A stretch of 64,000 nt of DNA from Candidatus Heimdallarchaeota archaeon (GTDB lineage Archaea > Asgardarchaeota > Heimdallarchaeia > Heimdallarchaeales > Heimdallarchaeaceae): NCBI GenBank assembly GCA_021399345.1, contig JAAFKI010000045.1:128001-192000 (forward strand), read 5' to 3'. The position numbers and the translations under genes are program-made. Below, one piece after another: positions 30,848 through 39,946 of the stretch. The notes under the pieces are model-generated. The model saw only the letters and a list, made by a program, of their open reading frames with translations. It was not told the DNA's origin and ran no database searches. The number at the start of each line of letters is the position of its first letter. Position 1 is the first letter of the stretch.

Positions 30848-32731
30848 TTACTTTCGATTTGTTTTATTCTTCTTGTTAATGGCGTAACCTGCTACTAGGA
30901 GAGAAAATAGAATTGATAAAGTTGCATAAGGAGCTGTTGTTGGTGTCTCAACTTCAAGCACGACATTAAATATTATGGTTGAATTAAACTGATTTCCAGC
31001 CTTATCTTCCACCATTATAATTACAGTATAATTTCCATTTTCTACATAATTGTGGAACGCAAAATTATCATCTGTAACATTCTGAACTACACCATCATCC
31101 CAGAAAATCCAGACTCTACCTATTCCTGCATACGCATCAGAATAGTCAAAATAAACTTCAACATAACCATCAATTATTGCTGTATCATTTGAAGTATGAC
31201 TAGTGATTTCCAATGAAGGATTTTCGAAATCAAGATAGATAATCGTAAAAATTGTAGCATTTACTAATATAGGGGCATCATTAACTCTTGTAATGTTAAT
31301 TGAGACATATAATGTCGCGTTATATTCGCCTGTAACTTGAGGATAATAATGAACACTTGTATTTGTATCAACATCCATGATATCAGTGATTGGTGTTCCA
31401 TCATCAAAATCCATTTCAACACTATAAAGTGACCCTCGAGAAGCATCAATTTCGTAGTAAAATGTCACATTATAGTCGTTTGTGTAGGTGTTATTCACAG
31501 GATATAAACTAATCTCTGGAACTGAATCGTAAATATACAACAATTTCATTATTCCACCCGTTTCATTATAAAACGCACCATAATAGAGATTGTATGCTTC
31601 ATAATGCAAAATATTCCCTTTGGAGAATGAACCAATAGAAACAAAGTATTCTCTTATTGTATCAGTGTGCCCATTTTCGTTTTCTACTGTGTAATTTCTA
31701 TTAAGTGTTGCTTCGACTTCAGTAAACGGAATTATTTCCGTATCATTATCTAGACCTTGTGTTGCAAAATATCTGATTCCATATTTCTCTACATCTGTTG
31801 AATTGTGAGTAGTAATATTAAATTCTATATTATCTAAATCGGTTATTTTTCCTTCTTGTAATGTATTTGATTCAAAGTAAAAACCATTGTGAATCATATA
31901 CACATTTAGCTGAGTTCTGACTTCATTTATACCGGCCCACATATCCCAACCATATGAGTTGTTCGCACTGAAGAAAATTGTTCTATCCGTAAATTCAAAC
32001 GTTGTGTTGAAAATAATAGAAGTTGTAGTTGTATTCCCTTCTTGCCAATCCATTTCAATAAATGTTACATCACCATTAAAAACACCTAAAGCGACATCAG
32101 TTATTGGATCTCTGTATTTCGACAATGCTAAAGTTACAGTATCATTTTCTGTGCCCCCATAGATTTCGTAACGGACAGTTATTGTATTATTTGTTTGGTT
32201 AGAAGGAGTATAGTAAATGTAACTGTTTTGTGTCACAGTTGCATTATCAATACTATGAAAATCAGGAGGTGTCCCTTCTTCTGTAACATATAGATAATGC
32301 CATGGTCCTAAATGATTAAAATTTTCTAATTCTTCATAGGTTCCATTAGTGATATCACCAATCCAAGCATAACCCTTGAATGTAGTTAAACCTGTTAAAC
32401 TGAAAGTTCCTTTATAATATAAACGGTCAACTAGAGAGGAGGAGTAATTCAATGCTAAGCTGGTTTCGGGGGTTAGACTCAGGTTTGAACCAGAACCTAC
32501 AATCACTATTCCACTGATACCTATGAAACGATCTACGGAATATTCAACTGTTATTAAAGTGAGATTTGGGAAATTGATTCCTTGGAAATCTTCAAGCCCT
32601 TCAGCTACTAGGCTTTCTAAAATCGGTTCTGTAGGACTAGCGGCATGCATTTTAGGATCGAATGATCCAAGTCCCAATGAAAGTGTTATCAGTACTATAA
32701 CTACAAAGGTATATGTCTTTTTGCTGTTCAT
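30848..32731 (-). CDS. Secreted or surface glycoprotein with C-terminal PKD-like domains and TM anchor
   Basis: Signal peptide; many N-x-S/T sequons; DFDDGT and WDDG..HNY..NGNYTV..VEDKAGN; C-terminal TM with basic tail. Confidence 0.8.
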   Translation of the reverse strand: MNSKKTYTFVVIVLITLSLGLGSFDPKMHAASPTEPILESLVAEGLEDFQGINFPNLTLITVEYSVDRFIGISGIVIVGSGSNLSLTPETSLALNYSSSLVDRLYYKGTFSLTGLTTFKGYAWIGDITNGTYEELENFNHLGPWHYLYVTEEGTPPDFHSIDNATVTQNSYIYYTPSNQTNNTITVRYEIYGGTENDTVTLALSKYRDPITDVALGVFNGDVTFIEMDWQEGNTTTTSIIFNTTFEFTDRTIFFSANNSYGWDMWAGINEVRTQLNVYMIHNGFYFESNTLQEGKITDLDNIEFNITTHNSTDVEKYGIRYFATQGLDNDTEIIPFTEVEATLNRNYTVENENGHTDTIREYFVSIGSFSKGNILHYEAYNLYYGAFYNETGGIMKLLYIYDSVPEISLYPVNNTYTNDYNVTFYYEIDASRGSLYSVEMDFDDGTPITDIMDVDTNTSVHYYPQVTGEYNATLYVSINITRVNDAPILVNATIFTIIYLDFENPSLEITSHTSNDTAIIDGYVEVYFDYSDAYAGIGRVWIFWDDGVVQNVTDDNFAFHNYVENGNYTVIIMVEDKAGNQFNSTIIFNVVLEVETPTTAPYATLSILFSLLVAGYAINKKNKTNRK

Positions 32732-32818
32732 ATCTCTTCACTTCAGCCTTGCTTGGTTGTGGTATTTTAAAGCTATTTTTATGCTTTATGTATTGTGTTT
32801 TTTGTTTTGGAGTCTTTT

Positions 32819-33376
32819 TCATTCATTCCGATACGTAAATGGGTCGAAGACAACAAATGAAATTGAGCAACCAAAATTTTTAGTGATTTCTAAAAATGAG
32901 CTTATAGTTTTAAAGCCAGATAAACCCCAGGAAGAATCAATTTTTGCCCTTCTTTCTTGAACCATTGATTTCACGCCCTCTATAGCCATAGTCTCAGTTT
33001 TATCTAAAGTCTCACCCTTGCTTTCAAAAGCTAACATACATGGAATTTGTTCCTCTCTGATTTTTACAAAGACTTTTGCTAAAGCAATGCATGTTGCATG
33101 TTTTTGTCCAACAGACCCTTTAGAGAGAGATTTAACAACATGAATATTTGTACTAAATGGAATCATTATGAATTTATCATCAACGTCTATGAATGTAATC
33201 CCTTTCGCTCTATCTATTTCAGGTATTATCTCTACAACAGGAGGAATGGAGGACACAGTAATATGGTTTTGATAACCTAATCCTGAATTCATGAATGCTT
33301 TATCAATTGCATCTAGTTCAGATGTATCAGATTCACCTATACCGGATGTAAACCAAAATCTCGTTGGGCTGCTCAT
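32819..33376 (-). CDS. pdaD: Pyruvoyl-dependent arginine decarboxylase
   Basis: FTSGIGES...AIDKAF..SG...N.ITVSSI with the Ser-Ser autocleavage site. Confidence 0.8.
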   Translation of the reverse strand: MSSPTRFWFTSGIGESDTSELDAIDKAFMNSGLGYQNHITVSSIPPVVEIIPEIDRAKGITFIDVDDKFIMIPFSTNIHVVKSLSKGSVGQKHATCIALAKVFVKIREEQIPCMLAFESKGETLDKTETMAIEGVKSMVQERRAKIDSSWGLSGFKTISSFLEITKNFGCSISFVVFDPFTYRNE

Positions 33377-33522
33377 TTTTCAATGAAAAAATCTTTGCGG
33401 ATTATATATAATTGTCGAACGAGCATAAATTATACGGAAATCTACAGAGTAAATACTTTCACAAAAGCATATATATTAATTTAGATTTTTCTTCTTTACA
33501 ACCAAATGGTATGGTATATCTC

Positions 33523-34818
33523 ATGGATGAACTGAAAGAGTTTTTCAGAAAAAATAATATTGAATTTATTCAATTTCAATTTACAACTATATTTGGAGAT
33601 CTAAAGTCAGTCGAATTTCCCTCAGACATCTGGGAGGAAATGAAAGATGGAACTGGAGTGGATGGATCTTCCTTAGGATTCTTAAAAACTGAACAGAGCG
33701 ACATGAAGATAGTTCCTGATCTATCAACTTTAGCTGTTTTTCCCTGGGAACCAAGAATGGCAAGATTCATTTGTGATATTTATGGAAATGATGGAAAACC
33801 CCATCCGACTGATCCTCGGAGCATTTTGAAAAAAGTAATTAAACAGGCTAAAAATTTAGGGTATGAATTCAAGACACGACCTGAACTTGAATGGCACTTC
33901 CTAGACTCAGATCTTGAACCATATGAATCTGGTGAATACATGGATACTCTCCCTTATGATGAATTAGGATATCTTCGACGAAGTATTGCAAGCGATATGC
34001 AAGAAATGGGCATTGCAGTTAAAACAATTCACCATGAAGTTGGTAATGGTCAACAAGAGATTGAATTCGCTGCTTTAGAAGCGTTAAAGCAAGCAGATGA
34101 CACACAAACTGCGAAAATGATTGTCAAAGCAGATTCTCTTTTTAATGAAATTTTTAGTACTTTCATGCCAAAACCCTTTGCAGATCAAGCTGGAAATGGA
34201 ATGCATGTTCATCAATATCTTACCAAAGATGGAAAGAATATCTTTGCTGATGAAGAAAAAGGAATCAGTGATACATTACGCTATTTTGTTGGAGGAATTT
34301 TGAAACATGTAGATGCAATGACTGCACTCTTCAATCCAACAACAAATTCTTACAAAAGATTGGTTCCTGGTCATGAAGCTCCTGTTTACAAATCCTGGGG
34401 AGTTGCCAATAGAACAGCTTTAATTCGAGTTCCAGGATACGAAAAGAAAGCAAGAATCGAATTTCGTGCAACAGATGCTGCTTCAAACATCTACCTAGCT
34501 ACAGCTTTACTTCTAGCTTCAGGTTTGGATGGAATCAAGGATAAGATTGAACCAATTCCTCCTACAACTAAAAATATTGAAACTTTATCTATTGAGGAAA
34601 GGAAAAGTATGGGGATTGTACAATTACCTAGTAGTTTATCTGAAGCTCTGGACCACTTGGAAAAAAGCTCTTTCGTAAAAGAAACCCTTGGTCAAGACAT
34701 TCTCGAGATATTTCTAGCCGTTAAAAGAATGGAATGTAAGGAACATGCTGAAGCTAAGAACAAAGGCGATGAAGAAGAATGGGAATGGGAGTATGAAACC
34801 TATCTTGACAGAACATAA
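33523..34818 (+). CDS. glnA: Glutamine synthetase type I
   Basis: DGSS, SDM, HHEVG..Q.EI, FMPKP, GNGMHVH, NSYKRLVPGHEAP, NRTALIRVP, RIEFR. The start is probably ATG at 33523 or 33511. Confidence 0.93.
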   Translation: MDELKEFFRKNNIEFIQFQFTTIFGDLKSVEFPSDIWEEMKDGTGVDGSSLGFLKTEQSDMKIVPDLSTLAVFPWEPRMARFICDIYGNDGKPHPTDPRSILKKVIKQAKNLGYEFKTRPELEWHFLDSDLEPYESGEYMDTLPYDELGYLRRSIASDMQEMGIAVKTIHHEVGNGQQEIEFAALEALKQADDTQTAKMIVKADSLFNEIFSTFMPKPFADQAGNGMHVHQYLTKDGKNIFADEEKGISDTLRYFVGGILKHVDAMTALFNPTTNSYKRLVPGHEAPVYKSWGVANRTALIRVPGYEKKARIEFRATDAASNIYLATALLLASGLDGIKDKIEPIPPTTKNIETLSIEERKSMGIVQLPSSLSEALDHLEKSSFVKETLGQDILEIFLAVKRMECKEHAEAKNKGDEEEWEWEYETYLDRT

Positions 34819-34970
34819 CTAAATGAGCTGTTTTTTATTCTATCCGCTAAATTCTTGTTTTCAATAAGGTAACTTTAATAAGTCATGTAATGCTAAATAA
34901 AACTAATTGGCTGGGGTAGTTTCAACTGAGTTATGAACGTGAAGATATTGTCGAATTAGACTTCCAAGAA

Positions 34971-36992
34971 TTGGATCTTCCTACAGTAACTCTGTCTAAA
35001 ACAAGGAAATCACAAATAATTTCACAACTCTATCTGTATAGAGAAATTAACTTAAAATTGTTTTCTGAGCAGACTGGCGTTGCCATTGTAACAATCAAAG
35101 ATTATATTCAGTTACTCATTCAAGCTCTTATTCTGAGGGGGTATTACAGAAAAGACAGGTTTGTTCTAGTATCAGCATACAGGTATCCAAGGGTGAATCC
35201 AGGAAGATTAAGTAATCTTAGAAGAAATTTGTTAGGAGTACTAGTAAGCAATAAAAAAATCAATATCCATTTTCTTCGCAAAATTTTGAACATTTCTTCT
35301 GAGGAACTAATATCGCATCTTCTATTCCTCACAGTTAGAGGATTATTTATTGGAAGTCTGAAAAATCAAGAGATATCAGTTCAAAAAATATGGGTGCCTT
35401 TCGAGAAAGTAAAAATCAGTTCTGATGATACATTTATCATAGGAACATGCATGCTTCTGCGAGATGCAGATTTAAGCAAAGTAGCAAAACTAACAGGTTT
35501 CACTAAGGATGAAGTATTTAACACAATTACCAATCTTATGTTATATAAAAAATTGGAAGCTTCATTTGAAGTTTCTGGAGGAATTGTTGGTTCGAGTAAA
35601 ATTTCCGTAAACGTCAAAAAGTATCTGATTGCTCCCCGCACTTTACCTATGGAAGCTCTTCAAGGTGATGAAAGATCTGTAGTTGGGTACAGTATATTGA
35701 AGAAAGAAGCTGATATAGAGGAATTAGCAAAATATCTTGACAAAAAAGAAAAAGAAGTAGTCAAAATTATTGCCGTCTTAACTGCAAGGGGTACTTTTCA
35801 ATTTATATTTAATGAAAAAAATAAGATAGTACCAATTATCATTCCTGATACACAACCGAATCAAACAATAGAAGAAATGGCTGCATTATCATTTTTCAAT
35901 TACGAAGCATTGTTTGGTCTATTATCGACTCAAGAAAGAATTCCTCTTAGGAAACTTGCTACTTTAATGAATAGAGAAGTTGACGAAGTCTTAGAAGGTG
36001 TAATGAATCTATATCTAGAGGGATTTGTTACTTGTACATTAAAGGGTGCCACAATTCATGTAGATAGCCTCAAAAGGTATAGTAGAACTCAAGAAGGAAC
36101 CCTTGAAAGATGGGAAAAAATTGTACTAGGTATGATAATTGCAAAAACATCTATCACCACTAAAGATATCGAGGACGCATTAGGTATTGACAAAAATCAT
36201 GCTAAAGAAAGAATGTATGGATTTTATGGAAAGGGTTTAATCAAAGGCACTATCACAGGAAATAAACTTGAACCTGAAGAAATACCTATATTTCCTCCTT
36301 TAGTTCAACTAGATGATCTTCCTATTCATTATCAGGAAATTTATGGTTACATTATTTCAAACTCCAGAGTTTCATTTAGGAATATAATGAAATTCTGGGA
36401 GAAAACACTTATTGCATCAAAGAACATAGTTTACGAATTAACAGGTTCTGGTCTGATGAATATATCTTCACGTGGAAGTACTGTAACAATAGTTTCAAGC
36501 CAAAAATTCCTACCAAATAAGCAATTGAACGAACTAGGTGATATTTACACCAGAACTGTAAATGAGATTGAAAAATCAAGAAGAAAAAGGATTAAGTTAA
36601 CAACAATTGCAAATTCTGTTGGAATGGAATCTTTAGATTTGTTCAAAATGTTATGCCAGTTAATCGCCCATGGGTATTATAAAGGAGTTTTAACTTCAGC
36701 TTATTTTGAAAGAGTTGGTAAAATAGTATTGCCAAAGGGTAAAAATTATTGCCTCAATTGTGGGTATGTAATAAAATCTTCAACTGAACCTTGCGATAAT
36801 TGTAAACAATTGCATCAGAAGTGTATGGTTTGTCAAGGATTAATTAAGAAGGGTGATAATGTGAAAGAATGCCCAACTTGTAACAATATTGCTCATGATG
36901 ATCATTTGGAACAATGGATGAAGATAAAGCAAGAATGTCCGATATGTAAAACTAGAATTTCGAAAAGAAATCTAAAAAAATATTCAGTATAA
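34971..36992 (+). CDS. Tandem winged-helix (PCI-like) repeat protein with C-terminal zinc ribbon and RING finger
   Basis: About 8 repeats of I.L..LA..(L/T)G.....V...I..L...G...G; C-terminal CMVC...CPTC...H..H...W.....CPIC. Confidence 0.8.
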   Translation: MDLPTVTLSKTRKSQIISQLYLYREINLKLFSEQTGVAIVTIKDYIQLLIQALILRGYYRKDRFVLVSAYRYPRVNPGRLSNLRRNLLGVLVSNKKINIHFLRKILNISSEELISHLLFLTVRGLFIGSLKNQEISVQKIWVPFEKVKISSDDTFIIGTCMLLRDADLSKVAKLTGFTKDEVFNTITNLMLYKKLEASFEVSGGIVGSSKISVNVKKYLIAPRTLPMEALQGDERSVVGYSILKKEADIEELAKYLDKKEKEVVKIIAVLTARGTFQFIFNEKNKIVPIIIPDTQPNQTIEEMAALSFFNYEALFGLLSTQERIPLRKLATLMNREVDEVLEGVMNLYLEGFVTCTLKGATIHVDSLKRYSRTQEGTLERWEKIVLGMIIAKTSITTKDIEDALGIDKNHAKERMYGFYGKGLIKGTITGNKLEPEEIPIFPPLVQLDDLPIHYQEIYGYIISNSRVSFRNIMKFWEKTLIASKNIVYELTGSGLMNISSRGSTVTIVSSQKFLPNKQLNELGDIYTRTVNEIEKSRRKRIKLTTIANSVGMESLDLFKMLCQLIAHGYYKGVLTSAYFERVGKIVLPKGKNYCLNCGYVIKSSTEPCDNCKQLHQKCMVCQGLIKKGDNVKECPTCNNIAHDDHLEQWMKIKQECPICKTRISKRNLKKYSV

Positions 36993-36995
36993 TGG

Positions 36996-37316
36996 TTGAT
37001 TTTGATGGAACTTCAAAAAATACAAGATGAAGTATATAATTTCTTAAAAGATAGAGATTGGTTCAAATATTCTCCAAATGATGTTCTTATTCATCTGTAC
37101 GAGGAATTAAGTGAAATTGGAAAACACCTACTATTCAAATCAAAGTATAAAGAAGAAGGTGGCCATTCAAAGCCAGATGGAGAAGAATTACCAAGGGAAT
37201 TTGCTCAAGCATTTTCGTTGTTCTTACAACTCTGTATTCTGCTAGATGTCGATTTGGAACAAGCGTGGAAAAATGAGATAAAAATAATGAGAGAAAGATT
37301 TCCAATAGATAAATAA
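36996..37316 (+). CDS. MazG-like nucleotide pyrophosphohydrolase
   Basis: LQKIQDEV..F...DW, HLYEELSEI, EFAQ, DLEQAW. Confidence 0.8.
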   Translation: MILMELQKIQDEVYNFLKDRDWFKYSPNDVLIHLYEELSEIGKHLLFKSKYKEEGGHSKPDGEELPREFAQAFSLFLQLCILLDVDLEQAWKNEIKIMRERFPIDK

Positions 37317-37343
37317 AAATATCAATTAGGGAGAAGTTAGTAA

Positions 37344-38078
37344 ATGAGTGACAAAAAGAAGAGCAAACCTCAAACGAAGAAAACCACAAAAAAAATCTTT
37401 GTTGATGTTAAAGGGGTATCAAAAAGCTATCAAATGGGTGAGGTAGAGGTTCAAGCTCTAAAGAATGTGTCACTTGTTTTAGGTTTAGGAGAAATAGTTT
37501 CAATTATTGGACCTTCAGGAAGCGGTAAGACGACTCTTTTGAATGTTATTGGAGCTTTGGATTATGTTGATTCTGGATCCATTAGCATTAATCGGAAAAA
37601 ATTAAGTTCAATGAGTGATAAAGAATTAAGCTTTCTTCGAAGAGACACCATAGGTTATATTTTCCAAAATTTTAACTTGCTAGAGGAAATTAATGCTGAA
37701 AAAAATATTGAAATGCCTTTAATTCTAGCGAAGTTAGAAAAAGAAGATCGTAAAAAGAGAGTAGAGGAATTGTTAGAAAGTGTTGATCTTATCGAGAGAA
37801 GATCACATAATCCTGATCAACTATCTGGAGGAGAACAACAAAGAGTTGCAATAGCAAGAGCTTTAGCTAACAACCCAAAATTACTCCTTGCTGATGAACC
37901 CACAGGAAATCTAGATTCTATAACAGGAGAAAAAGTTCTAAAATTACTTATAGACCTAAGTAAAAATCAAAATAAAACACTAATTTATGTTACTCATGAC
38001 GTAGAATCAGCTACTTTAGCTGATAGACAACTATACATGAGTGATGGTAAAATAGTAAAAGATACTTCCACTAAATAG
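37344..38078 (+). CDS. ABC ATP-binding protein (LolD/MacB type)
   Basis: [37 protein letters not shown]. Confidence 0.95.
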   Translation: MSDKKKSKPQTKKTTKKIFVDVKGVSKSYQMGEVEVQALKNVSLVLGLGEIVSIIGPSGSGKTTLLNVIGALDYVDSGSISINRKKLSSMSDKELSFLRRDTIGYIFQNFNLLEEINAEKNIEMPLILAKLEKEDRKKRVEELLESVDLIERRSHNPDQLSGGEQQRVAIARALANNPKLLLADEPTGNLDSITGEKVLKLLIDLSKNQNKTLIYVTHDVESATLADRQLYMSDGKIVKDTSTK

Positions 38079-38181
38079 AGATAGAGTGTTCTTTTACAAT
38101 TAGAAATAACTTTTAAAGCTGTTACTTGACAGAATTATAAAAATAAATTTTATTTGTAAAGAAGTAGAGATTTGAAAGTTA

Positions 38182-39945
38182 GTGAAAAAAATGGGTTATA
38201 AACGCTGGTTTCTGAAACATCTACTAAAAGAGAAATTACTATCCACAATATTACTAGTATTTCTCTTAGTATTTATTGGAACAGTCTCTATAACCCCATT
38301 ATTTATAGGGAATATTTTTAATGAATTAGCTAGTGAAAATAGCTCATTTAAAGCCATAGTGAGTATTGCTTTATTTATCGCAGGGGCGGGAGTAATCAGA
38401 GCAGTTGCAGATTTTACACAGAGTTATGCAAATGAGGTTTTAGCTCATAAAATTACCAAAAATGTTACTGAAGAATTCTATGGAGATATGCTCGAGAAGA
38501 GTCAAGAATTTCACGATAGAATTAGAATAGGAGATATAATGGCAAGAGCTACATATGATACACGTCAAATGAATATATTCATTTCTCCTGGAATAAAATT
38601 TCTATTTGAGGCAGCTTTTACACTTCTCTTTTCGGTTTCTCTAATGATTTGGATCAGTCCAAAATTAACACTTCTTCTAGTAGCAGCTCTGCCTTTCTAT
38701 GTCATAGTAATGTATGATTATAATAAAAGATTGCGTCCAATTTCTAAAGCTCAAATGGAACAGAATAGTCTTTTGAATGCCAGATTACAAGAAAGTATTA
38801 CAGGAATCAGAGTGATTAGGGCTTTTGTGAAAGAAGAGAAAGAGATAAATGAGTTTGATGATGAAACAGATAAATTACGAGATATAAATACTCGAAGAGG
38901 AATTCTTAGTGCTCGTTATTTTGGAGTTGTGGTAACAGTGTTGATCATCTCTTTCAGCTTCTTATGGGGATCATATGAAGTAATTAACGGAGATTTAGCT
39001 CTTGGTTATCTGATTACCTATGTCTTTCTAATGATGACTTTGATGATGCCTACTTGGCAAATTGGTTGGGGGATCACACAATTTCAAATAGGAATGGCAG
39101 CTGCAAAAAGAATTTTTGAAATGAAAGAGAGAGAGGAGTACGTCCCAGAATCTTCATCACCTATAGAATGGCATAGTAAACAAGGAGCAATCAGTTTCAT
39201 GAATGTCTCTTTCTCTTATAATGGAGGAAGTAGTAGAAAAAAAGCGCTGAGCAATATAAACCTAGAAGTCCCTGGAGGATCCACTGTAGCAATCATTGGT
39301 AATCCAGGATCAGGAAAATCCACACTGATAAAATTACTAATGAGACTTTATGATCCCACACAAGGGAGTATATTCATTGATGGGGTTAATATTAAAGACA
39401 TACTTCTATCCAATCTCAGAGATCACATAGGTGTGATTGAACAAGAGGTATTTCTGTTCAGTAAATCAATTAGGGAAAATATAGCATATGGAAAACCAAA
39501 TGCAACTAAGGAAGAAATAGAAGAAGCATCAGAATTAGCACAAGCTCATGAATTCATAATGGGTTTTGAAAAAGGATATAATACAATTATCGGAGAAAGA
39601 GGAGTTACCCTTTCGGGGGGACAAAAACAAAGAATTGCAATTGCTAGAGCATTGCTAGTTAATCCTTCATTTTTAATTCTTGATGACGCAAGCAGTGCCA
39701 TAGATGCAGAAACGGAAAGAAAAATCCAAACTGCAATAGCTAATGTATTAAAAAATCGAACCACCTTTATTATCACACACAGGTTAGCTACAATTAAGCA
39801 TGCTGACCTAATCATAGTTTTGAGAAATGGTTTACTTAAGGACAGTGGATCCCATGATGAACTTATTCTAAGAAATATCGATTACAGAAGATTGTTTGAA
39901 AGGTTTTCTGAGCTTCCACCAATGACAAAAATGGAGGAGAACTAG
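38182..39945 (+). CDS. Type IV ABC exporter half-transporter (degenerate Walker B)
   Basis: TM domain plus NBD; GNPGSGKS, LSGGQKQR, ILDDASS. Confidence 0.93.
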   Translation: MKKMGYKRWFLKHLLKEKLLSTILLVFLLVFIGTVSITPLFIGNIFNELASENSSFKAIVSIALFIAGAGVIRAVADFTQSYANEVLAHKITKNVTEEFYGDMLEKSQEFHDRIRIGDIMARATYDTRQMNIFISPGIKFLFEAAFTLLFSVSLMIWISPKLTLLLVAALPFYVIVMYDYNKRLRPISKAQMEQNSLLNARLQESITGIRVIRAFVKEEKEINEFDDETDKLRDINTRRGILSARYFGVVVTVLIISFSFLWGSYEVINGDLALGYLITYVFLMMTLMMPTWQIGWGITQFQIGMAAAKRIFEMKEREEYVPESSSPIEWHSKQGAISFMNVSFSYNGGSSRKKALSNINLEVPGGSTVAIIGNPGSGKSTLIKLLMRLYDPTQGSIFIDGVNIKDILLSNLRDHIGVIEQEVFLFSKSIRENIAYGKPNATKEEIEEASELAQAHEFIMGFEKGYNTIIGERGVTLSGGQKQRIAIARALLVNPSFLILDDASSAIDAETERKIQTAIANVLKNRTTFIITHRLATIKHADLIIVLRNGLLKDSGSHDELILRNIDYRRLFERFSELPPMTKMEEN

Positions 39946-39946
39946 T

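Noticed and set aside
32819-34818. GlnA homologue as a gamma-glutamyl-polyamine ligase because it is divergent from arginine decarboxylase
   Set aside because: It keeps the ammonium-site features of true GS (SDM aspartate and GHEAP glutamate flap) that PuuA-like enzymes typically lose.
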